From Lytechinus pictus (Eukaryota): a DNA stretch of 64,000 nt. How positions within the stretch are numbered: the stretch's first letter is position 1; every line of letters starts with the position of its first letter. The position numbers were made by a program, and so were the translations under genes. Shown here one piece after another: positions 14,001 to 29,000 of the stretch. The notes beneath the pieces were generated by a model, which did no database searches, was not told where the DNA came from, and saw only the letters and a list, made by a program, of their open reading frames with translations. The stretch is taken from positions 42,348,001 to 42,412,000 of the forward strand of contig NC_087251.1 in the NCBI RefSeq assembly GCF_037042905.1, read 5' to 3'.

Positions 14001-17000
14001 CACATTTATATAGGCATAAATGTACAGCAAAATGGGGAAAAGAAGGGTAAAAAGGGGCACACAAAATATCCAAGGCCTATGCCTGGCTTGGGCATTGAGG
14101 TAAGTCAATAAGGCAATCCTGGCCATGGCCTTTGATAGCCTACATGTAAGACTAATTATTTAAGCCCTGGCAAACATGTGCAGTTTTTTTCTTCTTGAAA
14201 AATTTTATTTCAACTTTTAGGTCTACTACATGTATTTCCTGAAATAAATCAATGATTACACATACACATGTACATGTAGGGCCAGGAGAAAAAAACCAAA
14301 CAAATTCAATAATTTTATCAGATCTATGAGAAAATTTAATTTTCACAATTTCACACAATAAAACTGGTCTGAAGTACAGCCTTATATATTCATTTACATG
14401 TACATGTGAGCAATAGTATATTACATAGGCCTACAGATTTAGTTGATAAAACGATTATATTTCTTACACACAAATAACAAATAAAGCCTTCATGATTACA
14501 CATATGAATGTACATGTAGGGCCAGGAGATAATAACAAAACTCCAGGGGATACATTTTGAGCTCACTAACTAAAATTTGTATTATGATATACATTAGATG
14601 CTATGAGAATTTCCAGGGCCTTTTTCAGTTTTCTAGGGCTCTTTTGGGGTATTTCAGGGATTAGCCCCCCCCCCCTGTAATATTTTCCATCCGTTGGGCC
14701 TACACGAGAAATGAACTTTATAAATATAAACTCATTAGACTGCATAGTGTATTAGAGTACATGTGTGTAGATAAAGATCTACACACATGTACTCTAAAAC
14801 ATAATTACAAATTACTTGCACTTTCACAACCACCCCCCCCCAAAAAAAAGAAGAATTATCAGGACTGACAATGAGATTGTTTCTAAGATTTGCTGCTTTC
14901 TTTGTTCAGACCTTCATACAGAATGAAACTAAAGAGAAACTACATGATGAGCATGATCGGTTCATCACGGACGGACATTTGATAGATTTTGAAAACTTTA
15001 AAGGCTTGTAACAAATTAGGAATAAGATGAACATGGTTCCTTTGTGTTTTATAGTGAAGGGTAGGACAAAGTATGCTGAATGATGAAAAAAGTTTGTTGC
15101 CATGGTTACCTACAAACATAGGTAGCCACTAAATGTGCCATATCACGGACGGACATGATAGAAATGTGGTTTTCTGAATTTTTGAACATTTTTATGGTTT
15201 CTATCTAAATAGCTTAACTTTGACCAATAATTGTTAATGCAACCTATACTCAGGTATGTTAGCTTCTATGTTCAGCATATTGAATTCTTAACCAATATCA
15301 AACTTCTGAGAGAATTGCAAATATTTTCCATCTCGGACGGACATCTCGGACGGACATCACGGACGGACACAATTAAAATACATTGGAAGTACCTTGTAAG
15401 AAGTTCTTATTACTTGTTTGGGGGAACAAATGCTATTGAATTGATGATTTGTACATTTTTATATATGATTAAAAAATATTAGTTGCACAATCAAGTTGCT
15501 ACAACTTGATTTAAGTTGTAGCAACATGGTTTCTATGCTAGACACACAAAATAAGGCATATGATTGCTTTTAAACACAGTTCTTTTCAAAATCAAATATC
15601 CTAATGCACATTGTCTTCTTTTCAATTTAGAGAATAGTTGGTAGCAAATCAACATCCAGTGGATCAATGATCATGTTGATACTTTTTATGATATATCATG
15701 ATGATACATGTTCATACATTTTTAGGCATTCATTTTCAAAGAGCACATATTTTTTTTATGTCCATTAAGTAAATCCATAAGATTCACAGGTTGCTGATCA
15801 TTATGCTTGTTTGGTGGATCAAGTACAACCACAACACTTGTCCAGGCTCTCTTCAAATTCATCTTTTGTCCATATTAAAGTGGAGACACCCCTTCACATC
15901 AACAGTCCTCATGTATTTAGGCCCTGACCGAATCCAAAATTGAAATCAAATACCAATTAAACTTCTAAACACTGCAGTGCAAGCTTTATATGAATTGTAT
16001 GCATTTTCAGATTACCAGATCAGCAATTTGCTCAAAATTAGCTCAAAAATGGACTTTAAAAAAAGGAATTCTTGTACTTTTCACAAGCCTCAAGGACATG
16101 ATGCCATGTTCTGTTATACTCCTTTCATAAACACAATTATGCGGCTAATAGCAGCATAATTTGGTCGTAAAATCGTAGGAGGACCAGAGTTATCCGCACT
16201 ATTTTGATGCTGCTATTATCCGCATAATAGCGGCATCGGGACAAGATTTTGACTTTATGAACGCATTCCAAAGTAATGCGGATAATTGCCATGGTGCGGT
16301 CACAAGGTCACCCTTTCCAACACAGCCGCATCGGAGGGGGTGTGTGTGATTGCCATGACGATAATCCGCCTTTTTTCAGGACGGGCCTCGTACAAATAAT
16401 GCGGATAATTTTTGGAGTTTGTGAACGCAATTTTTATTGAATTATCCGCATTACTCTTAGGCGGCTAATTGGAGGATGGGTTTATGAAAAGGTTTTTAGA
16501 AGCATTGTGAATCCATAGGTTTGTACATGGAAAAAATACTTTCTTCTTTTCCATCACTTTCTGCAAGCTTCAATTGATGAAATATGTAGCTTTTGACTTA
16601 TTCTTGCTCTATTTCATTTCCTGCTTTTTGGCATACATGTAGCTTCCAACTCTATCTGCATTCCAATTATGTTTTAAAAAAAATTTCCTTACAACAATTA
16701 AGCCCCAATAACAGCCAAAGAAGGATTTCACAAAAATTGTAAAGAGTTGTAGGTTTCCATCCTTTTGAGTTCTGAATAATTCTCAGTACCATTTTTCACT
16801 GCAAATTGGAACTAAAATTAAATTCATAATCTGCTCAGTATTTGCTCATTGTCTGTCCGTGATGAATTTAATGTCCGTCTGCGATTATTTGATTGATTTA
16901 TAATATGGATAAAATGTATGGATTTTAGCTATATAAATTATGAAATGATGTACAGTGTCTAGTGAGATGCTTCTACACACTTTTATTTTTGTTTCTATTC

Positions 17001-20000
17001 TGATAAAGAATAAAAAGCTGAATCCATACATATTATCCATATCATAAACTCAATAAAAATGATCACGGACGGACATTAATTTCATCACGGACGGAAATTT
17101 CAAAATGGAATGTTAACATCTACCAGAAAAATTTACCTCCCATATTTTTCTACTAATTTATGTTTGATGATAGATTAATGTTCAGAGTACAAGGAAATCC
17201 AAACCAAATTGGAATTACTTTGAAAACAATAAAACTAGAGTGAATTGAATTTGAGTGAATTTACATTGTCCGTCCGTGATGAAATTAATGTCCGTCTGTG
17301 ATCATTTTTTATTGAGATTATGATATGGATAAAATGTATGGATTTCAGCTATGTTCAAATAAAATGATGTACAGTGTTTAGTGAGATACCTCTACACCTT
17401 TTTATTTTTTATTTCTATTCTGATAAAAAATAAAAAAACTTTTTATATTTTTTTTCATCACGGACGGAAATTTCAAAATGGAAATGTTCACACCTACCAA
17501 AAAAAAGTACTTCCCAATATTTTTTTCCTACTAATTTATGTTTGATAATAGATTAATGTTCAGAGTGCAAGAACATCCTAACCAAATTAGAATAACTTTA
17601 AAAACAATAAAACTAGAGAGAATTTAATTTAAGTAAAAATGTCCGTCCGTGATGAGAGGTAATAGCACCCCCACGAATAAAATGGACTATTCCAGTACTT
17701 TCGGATTTATCAATCTTCATGAAACTGAGTTCTTTGAAACCTGAGATATCAAAGACTATCTTAAAAGCAATTTTGATAGAAATATCTATAAAAAAAAATT
17801 TCACCTCAATGCTAACCCTTAACCGATCATGCTCTGTACTTGACCTAGAGGTTCTTGCCTCTAAATAAGAAGAGAGTATGCAAGTTTTGGCTTGATGAAG
17901 TATCGAGATAAGGAGTTTACACACACTGATTCACAGTGATTCAGCTTCTGGAATTCTTTCCTCTCCCATCACACCGTTTCCTCAAATGGTTGAGATCCTT
18001 CGCATCATTCTCAACATGCTGCCAAAATCATTTATTCTACAAGAGCAATTGGATCACACAATCTTGATGTGTGTTTACTTTTTATCAGAACAACAATTCA
18101 AACTGTTAACCTTGCAGAAACACCTCTTCCTCTACTGTTTTTTTGTGTGTGGCTATCATGTTAACTCTTAAATATTATAAACAATAAGACCCACCTTCAT
18201 ATATGTAATTTGCTTGGTTCCTTTGCTCCCTTGCTTGCAATGGGGGAAATTAATATGGGTTGTTGGTGAATTAGACCCTGAAATGCCCCTGAAGTATCCC
18301 ATAAAAGTTTGAAAATGACCCCCATAAATAGAAGGAAAAATAACTCCAATCCAAGTCCAACCTCAATTCAGAAAATTTGATTTCCCCCAAGAATGTATAA
18401 TTTGCATACGTGACGTATTACGCGTAGCAAATTACATGTACATGTGGCAAATTACATGTACAGGTACATGGGAACATGGATTGAGAAAACTATCTGGCAT
18501 ATATTCTGGATACATAAATTTAAGAGAACATACAGCAGGCCCATGAGAATCCCTTAGGCCCGAATTCACAAAGATTGTTTTGAAATCCCACGGTTGAGTC
18601 CATGGTTTATGCAGATTTCCTGTATGAATCAGGCTTATTTTACCACGTATATTAAAAAATGTCCAATGCTGATGAGCGCTTTTGTCAGAGTGTGCCAAAT
18701 TGACGCCTGTTGCCGTGGTTATCTACGCTCTTTCATTCATGAGTCCACTCTTCAAACAGTGGACTCATGAATAAATTAGCGTATCTAACCATGGTAACAG
18801 GCGTCAATTTGGCACACTCTGACAAAAGCGCTCATCAGCATTGGACATTTTTTTTACATGCGCCTGATACGCGCTAAATTAAGCGTAATTTATACAGGAA
18901 ATCTGCATAAACCATGGATTCAACCGTGGGTTTTCAAAACCACCTTTGTGAATTCGGGCCTTAATGTTCGCAATGTTAAAAGAGATGATCTGTCATGGCT
19001 GCTCAGCATGATTACATTATAATTTTAAGCGACATATCTTACATTCATCATGATCCAATGGTTTGTCTCCCTCTATCACTGCCCAGCAGGTATACCCTTT
19101 CACTTGCATTGCAATGTCATTTCATACATGCTATGCATGCTGTCAAGTGCAATCAACTGATCCGTAGCTTTCATTTAGGATGCTAATCTATCCTCAACCC
19201 ATGAGTTGAAGATTTGAAGGTGCTTTGTGCATGAAACATGGTACTGCGTCTATCACGTACAATGCAAATCATGCAACCATGATAAGTTTGAATTCTATGT
19301 CTGTCAAAAGCATCATTATATGTTACATCTCAATTGTTCTTGTAAATATACTACATGTGTGTGGATTTAGACTATTACAAGTATCCAGTGAAATTTTTTG
19401 TTAAAGAATCTACATGTACATGTACATTTACTTGACGTAACGTACATCATATCATATTTGGTGGTGCAATGAATTTGGTGCTGATACCTAGTATCAATAC
19501 CTGGGGAGCGTTTCATGAAAGGACTTGTCGGAAGATTTATCCGACAAGTCCTGTTTTATGATCCGACCATTACCGTAGTTACATTGCTTCTCAGCCAATC
19601 AAAATCAAGGAAGGTGTCGGACGATAATGCTGATGAAACACTCCCCAGGGGTTAATACATGTAACTGGGGCCATGTCTTAAAGATTTACAACTAAATACT
19701 ATGCTATTATGGCAACTACCATGGTAACAGGGCTCAGCAGCCAATCACAATCAAGGGTTTCATGGAAGTTACAATAATGGTAAATTTACAAATATGTCTT
19801 TAGGAAATGGGCCCCTGGTGTTCCTCAAAGCAGCGCTGAACTAGTGGGGAGAAACAAGAATCACAAATCAAAACATGGCTTCTTGTGCAGAGCTTTTGAT
19901 CACAGTAATGCCCTCTTTTTAAAGCCCACCCAACATACATCGCAGGATCAGTGAATATGATGCAAGAAGTATAGGTCAACCCTGAAGTGTATCCCATACA

Positions 20001-23000
20001 TGTCATAAATAAGAAGAAGTCCTGTGGTAAAATCATATTTGAGATCCCTGTTCCGTTCATTAGATTCCTAGCATCCATGGTTCTCCAGAATCAGCTTTAA
20101 AAAAATACAGGTCATGTCTGCTTTTGAAAGAAGTATATTTTTTTTCAACCGACGAAAGATTGACTGAACGCAACCGTGATTTGAACTAAACGTCTTTACA
20201 AAAAATAATTCTAGGATACAAATGTGTCAGTTGAATGCAGCCCAAATAGAGCATCATTAAACAGGCACAAAATAATTCTGAAAACTGCATCAACTATCAG
20301 ATGTAAAATATGAAAGATGCCGTAAAGTACTGATATCTTCAGGGATATGCTTGTCTCGTATTTCTCCTTTTTTTTTATATTTGACGTTCTAATTTGACGG
20401 ACTAAGTTCAATTAGTAAAAGAAGGGTAGGCTGACATAGGGGACATGTAACAATGATGGGGTTTACATGTAGCTTACCAAGTCCCATCTGCCAGAGCACA
20501 GAGTTGATGCCTTTCGCCTCAGGCTGTAGGGCTGCTGTGATTGGTCGTGGTGTGGGCAAGATGTGCGGATTTTGGAGTTGCTGCCTAATTCTGTGGACAA
20601 GGTAAAAGAGACATGCATATTAGTTCAGACATGTGTATTAAATTCACCTTGTATTTGATATATTCGACAAGATGATAATAATAACTTTCATTGACGCAGG
20701 GTAGCCACTTCAGCTGTTAGCTTCCTTCCAGCAATCCATTATTAACATTACCCTTCTCCATTATTTACATCAAGCGCCTGACAAGAAGGCAGATACCAAT
20801 TCGCATAGGATCTTGAAAACAGCATCTTGAGATGGTCTTGTGAGCAAGTTTAGAAGATCATTTCATCATGAGAAGGCGCCCTCGCCCACTTGAACATTCA
20901 GTCAAGTTAAATAAACCGATTGTCATGAAAAAGGTTTGGTGGAAACTGGTTCAAAAGACCGACAATGAACAGGGTCTTCCTTCAGTTAGAAAGAACAAAA
21001 GTCACTCACATATCACAGCAAAAGTGAATTTTTGTTGTGATAATGTTCTGTGTGTATTCCAATTATTCAGAGTGTTGTCATAATAAAAGGTGACTCTGTG
21101 GTGTTAAAGTTTTGCATTGCCAGGAATATGCTACAGCTAGGGAATGACGGTACAAAGTAAAAATCACGGTGTAAGAAAACAGATTTAAGAGAATGTAATT
21201 TTATAGTGCATGGACTGAAAGCTGTAATACGGTGTAAATGTTAATAGTCGTACGTAAGGAAACTGCGCAGTGGCGGAAACAGATGGGGGCAAACTCGCTT
21301 TCATTGGGACAGCCGGGTATCTTGTGAACGTGTTTTTCTTTGAATCAGACACAAGAGCTTGGGAATGAGATGTGTCAGGAGAGAGTAAGTACGAAGATGA
21401 GTGCATCTTATTCCTAGAGCAGCAGAATATTGAAACGTATGAGGCCAGTGATCAGAAACAGGGGTCATCAAAATGCACATCCCATAATGAATACATGCAC
21501 TTGATTGCTCCCACCATGGACCTAGTAGGTCCATGCTCCCACTTAAAATCTACTACACTGTATGTTACATCATAGTTTTTTTTTCTTTCAAATTGTTTAT
21601 ATTGCATAATAGTAAGACATGCTTTTGGCAAGGTCAGTCATATTGACCTCGTCAGAGGACAGAGTGATAAAAAACACCCAGCCTTGGCAATGCATGGAGC
21701 TAATGCATGAAAAATCTCAATACTGCCAGACCTCTGTTGGATGTACTTGTCCAGGTAGGATATGGCCACTAAGATCGTGCCTTGTGTTCCCTGCTGCAGT
21801 TTACACTCATTACAGTGCATGTACATGGTATACAGGCCTATATCATCCACAAGGTCAATGAACTGTACTTGCAAAATTATCTTTGGAAAGTGGAACACTA
21901 TTCTACATATCTTTCAAAATGAACTCAACAGTCATTGAAAATCAAACGAAATTAACTACATTTACTTCCAGTCCGGAAAATACATATTTTTAAGGGGGAT
22001 GGGTAATTTCAACATGTCACAACACTCAATGCCCCAAAAATCCCCCAAATAGCAATGCTTTGGGGTGACCACCTTTTCTGGGGTTGCCCAAAGATCGGGC
22101 ATAAACTATATTCAAGATTCATGAACATTCAGTACATCAATATTCTACATGTAAAAATTGTACATGAACATGTATGGTACAATTACAAAAAATCTGCATA
22201 ATTAAGAAGCTCTTCAAATGAAAGAAATAGCTCCCAAAATACAGCTATTGCCCAAATGTGAGAAATCCTAACTAAATATTTTATTTCTTGTCGTGTTTAC
22301 TGTTTTTTTATATAAATATTTGCCGTATATATGAAGGTCTGTATATATTTGTATGAGTACAATGTGTACCTTATAATTAAAATTCTCATAACTGTCATAG
22401 TATTAGTGCTATAATTCAATTCAATTCCTTATCACACTGTATTAGCCATCAATCCTCCTACATGGGGGGAGGTACAGACTACAGTCTCCCTCTAGACATA
22501 ATAACAATCTTCTTGGGAGCATGACAGGAGATTCCTGACAAATGAAAAAAAAAAAATCCACTGAGCAATACCCCCCCTGCCCCCCCCCCCCGGCATCCTT
22601 AACCTTCTCGTCTGTGTAAAATTTGATGACCTCTCCTTGTAAGATGACTCTTAGGTGTTTGCTAATTTACACCTCTTTTTCATTTTTTAGAAGATTTTTA
22701 GAAACCTGTATTGATGTATAATATCTTCCTAAGTAGTTTGCTTTCTCCTATCGAGTATTCACCAAAGTTGACAGCCCTGTATAATTATGTACCAACATAC
22801 ATGTCATGTATCTCAAAATAGTCTCTCTACTTTTTTCAAGATTTGCTTTGCATGTCAACACCGTACGTGTACTTTATGGTAATAATGTTATCAGAGAAAT
22901 ACACGTGAAGTGTAAGCCATCTTTTCCAATGTACATGTATCATGAATGATCACCCCCCTGGAACCATGAAAAAGAATTAGTGAATTCTCTTATCTGTGAA

Positions 23001-26000
23001 GATATTCAAAATACTTTGAGCTACTATGTATTTGTTTAAATAATATTCCATAGTTTATCTCAAAATACTTCTAATAGTAAGCCCCCACATTACCAACAAA
23101 CGCAAGGACAATCTGGTTATGTGTTTATGGCGATTGCCATGGTTACGACTGTTGTCATTACAGCTGCCAATAAGGAAGTACCAATAATCACTACCAACGT
23201 GTTTACACAAAAAATACAGTGATAATTACATGTTCATGTCTATTATACATGGACAAGCACGAAGTGTGAATTGTCTATTTGTTGTTGATGGCACGCCTTT
23301 TAATCTTAATTGTATTAAATTAAATGTATGTGGACATGTATGTTATAAGAAGTAAATAGATAACATCCTGCTGTTTGAGTTATCTTGGAAAGTCATTTTT
23401 TTGTTTTAAAGTATTCTTTTATTTCTTTTTCCGGTGAATACAAATATAAACTGGCTTCATAAATTTCATAAATGATACATCATAATAACTTCATAAATAA
23501 TACATCAAGGTACCAGTAAATAAGTAATTCCTAAGCATATACATAAATTTATAAATTAATCCATTCATTTTCCAATTCACTGAAAGAAATTAAAGGAAAA
23601 GTCCACCCCAACAAAAAGTTGATTCGAATAAAAAGAGAAAATCCAACAAGCATAACACTGAAAATTTCATCAAAATTGGATGTAAAATAAGAAAGTTATG
23701 ACATTTTAAAGTTTCTCTTGATTTCACGAAACAGTTATATTCACGTCCTTGTCGGTATGCAAATGAGGAGACTGATGACATCACTCACTCACTATTTCTT
23801 TTGTATTTTATTATATGAAATATTCAAATTTTCTCCCTGTTGTCGTGTGAAATAAAGATTAATTCCTCCCTGAACATGTGCAATTAGCATAGTTTAATTC
23901 TATATGGTTCAATCGAGTTGGTCTTTATTGTCAAATCTGTAAAAAATGAAATATTGTATTATTCAAACAATAAAAAACAAAAGAAATAGTGAGGGACATC
24001 ATCGACTGTCTCATTTGCATGTCACTGAGTTGTGCATATCACTGTTTTGTAAGAAATTAAGTGAAAATTTAAAATGTCATAAGTTTCTTATTTTACATCC
24101 GATTTTGATGAAATTTTCAGCATAATGCTTGTTTTATTTTCTTTATTTATTCAAATCAATATTTTTCTGGGGTGGACTTGTCCTTTAAGAAGTACAATAC
24201 AGAAAAAAAGTATGGTGTCCTACATATAATTGTAATGGCAATGCCTGCTACCCCCCCCCCCCCACACATGCCCTCCAGATTTGAATGACATACATTGTAG
24301 GCTACATATTCACCAAAATTATCAAAATATCTTGGCCTATACATATACTTTCATGTGCTATTATGCTTTGCGAGTTTTCAAAGAATCTGTGATTAAAGGT
24401 ACTGAAGTGGGGAAGGGGAGATAGAGGAATCAACTATAAAGATATTCTAGATTAAAAATGGACATGAAAAGGAAGGATAAACACAACCTGATGCAAGTAA
24501 CAAAGAACCAAATAATTTGGGCACACAGTCGACCGAATAGACTGGTACAATGTGTGAATATGGTGTGGAGTGGAGCAACACGCAAACTGTGCAAATGCAG
24601 AGTGCGTACGTACACGAAGGGCCGGCATACATGCATGCTAGCGCGGGCAACTTGGGATTCACCGCTCTACAGTACATACATGTACATGCCTGCTCATAGG
24701 CAGTAGTGTATTATGCATGATGCTCCCTTTCTCTCTCAGTATGCGGCTGCTGCGTGAAATATTCATGCAGGGGAGATGGATAAAAAGGAGCAAACGCTTG
24801 GACACCACCAATTAATAACATTAGTGGGTAGTCTGGCAAGCTCACCAAACCCAACACGCTTTTGTTCAACAAAGACGTTGCTGCACACCGAGCAGGTTTC
24901 ATGGAAGAAATCATGAGAAAATAAAGGATGATGTACATGACTTCAAGTGCCTGCAGATAGAGCGACAAGCCACCCCCTTGATATACATGTTATGATATAG
25001 GCTATATACATGTATCATTTTCAACGCTAAGAAGTCACAGGAGACAACACACACCAAGAGGAATACATGTATTCCCGTTACTTGCGTTAAAACAATAAAT
25101 GTAGGTCATTTACCGGTAATTATTTTGAAGTATAAAAAAAAAACATGTAAAAACACAAACAGCATTGATTAACTTCAAACGAGAAAAAAGGCCTAGATAG
25201 ATGTGTTTAATAGCTAAATGTAAGTCAACCACACACATGTACAATGGTGCCTACAAGACAAGTATGGTAAAATTGATATTTTTACTGGTAATATTGATAT
25301 CAAGACTTCAAAACAAGTGAAAGAAATGTTTACTTCTAAATCAATTATACTTGGCTCTGAATTGAATTAATTATCAACTTACATGTATTACATCTAGGCC
25401 TAATAACTAGTACAGATTGAAATTAAAGATATGCCAGTATTTTCCCACCACAAGTCTACACTTATTTTTTTCTTTCACACAAATACTGTAGCCTATTAAT
25501 TCGAAAAATTTACCCAATACTGTACTTTTTTAAATATGGAAAAAAAATCTCAAGGATTTTAAATATATTTGCTTTTGCAAAATAAAACCAAGTTTTAAAC
25601 ATACTAATAGTGCTTTAATATACATCGATGTTTATCAACAAGTATTAGTGATCGGGAAGGGTATTATTTATAAGAGGTATGTACATTTAGCCTAGGTAGG
25701 ACATGGCAAAGCACTATAGGCCTATAAATGATAACAGTATGTAGATTTAATAGCCACACACAGGCAGGTGTAGGTGGGACTAGACACAAAGAAAGCTCAG
25801 CAAGTGTAACTAACTGAATAGCACTTATGTAGATTGGCTTCCTAATCAACATTCACACATGAGTTTCACTGCTTCACTCCAATCAGGACAAAGGATGCTA
25901 TTACCGTGAATCAATGACAAAGGCATGTAGCCTACATATTGTCGGTGTTCGTCCAAACCGTCATATCAGTCAATTTTGGTTTTAAAAAATGATTTTGAGA

Positions 26001-29000
26001 TTTTTGCAGGTAATACAAATCCTAAAGTATAAGTAAATTTCTAGGCAGCAATTTATTTTAGTTTCTGAGATTTTCTCTGAAATGTGTTTCGCACTGTTGT
26101 ATCACGATACAACGGTTTGGATGACTGCCGCAATATATTTGTACAGTGTAGCTTCACTCATCATATCCTTCTTTTTTTCAGCTTGCCCAGAAGTACCTTT
26201 CAAGATGAACTGTTATTTGTTGCTTATGAATATCCACAAATCAACCTGTATATTAAATCATAATTTGTATAATAATATCAATGTGTGGTCATTTCAAGAT
26301 GACCTTTGATTTGAATATAGGCCTATAATTTTACATGGAGGCCAAAGTGTAAACATGCAACACTGTAAGAAAATGTACATTTTGTACAATATCGCAATTA
26401 TAGAACAGCATGTCTCCAGATGCTTCCATTTTATTGGAATTCCTTATGAGAGAAGTCTATTGTTGATTTGGGTGGAAGTATTCACTTTTCAAAAGAGAAA
26501 TGATTGCTATTCATTAGGCTCCTCTGCCTGATCTTAATGCAAAGGTCATTTGACACAAGGGCCAGCTACAAACTACCGCACAGCAACGTTGTTAGCGATG
26601 CTCTAACAGAGGCTGTTACAATTGGTATGTGGCAGCGATGCCTAATGTTACAACAATGCATTACGACACATTGAAATAAATGTTTTGACTGCACAATCTG
26701 AAAGATGTGACTGGGCTTAGGCCCCCATCACACTTATTCCGAATCAAGCAGAATTGGCCGGAATGAAAGGACTATTGTTCGACCACCAGTTGGTCATTTA
26801 AATATACTTCGAACACCATTCGAAAATACCCCTCGAATGTTTTGAACATGACCAAAACCTTCGGGACGGCCAAAAGAAATGACAAAAATATTTCGAAAGC
26901 ACTCAGAATGCAGTCAGAATATTTAGAAAGCGCCTAGAATGTCCAAGAATGTAGCACGAATTATCAATCTGACTCCATTGCGGTTCATTTTGACTAGTGT
27001 ATGATGATTCACCTGGTCAATTTACTGAATTTCAACTCCAGTTTGGTGAATTCATAAGTTCCTCCCAAAAATTTCCAGATTTTGGAATATTTTTTTCGTT
27101 CTAGCTTCTGCTTCATTCCTGCTGATTCCGAATAAGTGTGCTGGGGGCTTTACTGAAGCACTGGTCTATACTAGGCGTATTTAGACACCCTTGAATCACC
27201 AGAGTACCCGTTTAATTACGAGAACCTTTTAAAGCCTTAAAATACCCAATAATTATTTTCCGCATTCACAACGTCCTCAAGAATATCCTTTTTAAGTTCT
27301 CGAAGTTACATGTACAAGCATGCCCAATATGGTCCAATAAGCAGGCAAGGCGCGAGATTCAAAATCGCTAGCTCAGCGGCCACCCACGGCGACCGCACCC
27401 AACTACACGCTGGGCCAGGGAAGTTCTCATATACCTGCGACCTTGGAAAATAGGAGGAGCTTCTGACATTTGTATCTTATTTTCAATTGACCAGTAGCAA
27501 ATGTAAATTTCAAATTAAAATTCATACGGCCCTGCACAACATAGGAATAAATTTGTACATTTGAAAAAAAAAATCTTTATTTTCATTCACACTTGGTGTA
27601 TAAATTTAGAGAATTTATACTGGAGCATGTCAATTACATATGACGTGACAACAGTAAAATATACTTGGCAATGAGGTGCATCAATGCCATGAATGCCTTT
27701 CATCACAGCTTTTACAAGTCTATGGACACACAAACATTGACATGTTATAGATTACGATTGGCAACGCTCCCCACCCTTTCTAATATCCTCCATTCTGATG
27801 AATTTCAGAGATTAAATCATTCTGAAAATATGACAGATATCGATTCTAAAATCCACTTCTTTTTAATTGCTGAATTGACTCCTCCCACCAATTTGTCTCA
27901 CTACACTAATAGTAATACATGTAAAAAAATGAGAAAATGAAAATCCATAATTTATTGTTCGAAATAGACATGAAATGAAATAGTCCGAAAATTTGCTTTG
28001 CCCAATTGATCGTGGGCCCGGCAGCCGCTGTGCAGCGCCAGATCGACGAGGCTCTATCCCTTTAATCGTTGAACGCCAAACAGGGTAGCAGCAACTCCCA
28101 TCTTTAGATGTAGATGTATATTAGAATATTTCCAAGTGATAGTAAGTTCTGATGCTGTGTAATGTACATGCACTGAAGTACATCTGCAGAAGTGCATCCT
28201 TTTTTATGATTATACCACATTGTGTTTACGTTTGTGCTGTGGTTGTTGGGAACTTATTGAATAAATTTTGTTGGGATTTTGAAATCTATCAACATTGGAC
28301 TTTTTTCAAAATATATTTCACCTTTGATTACAGATGGAAAATCTATCAACATTGGACTTTTTTCAAAATATATTTCACCTTTGATTACAGATGGAAAACG
28401 ATAGGAAAATAAACAAAAACAAAATACAAGCATAGCTAGAGCTACACGTATGTATACCAACCAAGTAGGCCTACATGTACATTTACATGTACATGTAGCA
28501 TCTTCATGTAACCCAACATACATACATGTACATGTACATACCAAGCAACTATCAGGTTTTGTTTACAAATGAATAATTTATGCTTTGAATACATGTATGT
28601 ACATATTACATGTATAATCAGGGTTTATCCATAATGGACTTACACGCATATTTGACGTACATTAGCGTACACACATATGCAACATGACAGCGTTTTAAAA
28701 CATGAAAATAATGAAACCATATTCTGGCATACATTAGGGCTTTTGCATGCCATCATTGATACTAAAGCAGAGGTACTAGACAAATTCCCTGTGCACTGGG
28801 CCCCCATATATCTGTCACAAATACTCAATGCCGCAAGATCAAAGTTGACTAATACTCTCTCTCTCTCTCTCTGTACATGTCACTATACTCACCCCGAGCA
28901 GTTTTCTCTGAAGTAGATGATTTTCCCATTGCATTCCTTCGATGAGTTGATCAAACAAAAACCAAACCTGAGATTGTCAAAAATGTACATGTGTACCCAG

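Noticed and set aside
28040..28105. Possible tRNA-SINE body fragment (similar scrap at about 20675-20800)
   Set aside because: Too short and decayed; no A/B boxes seen, so not called.
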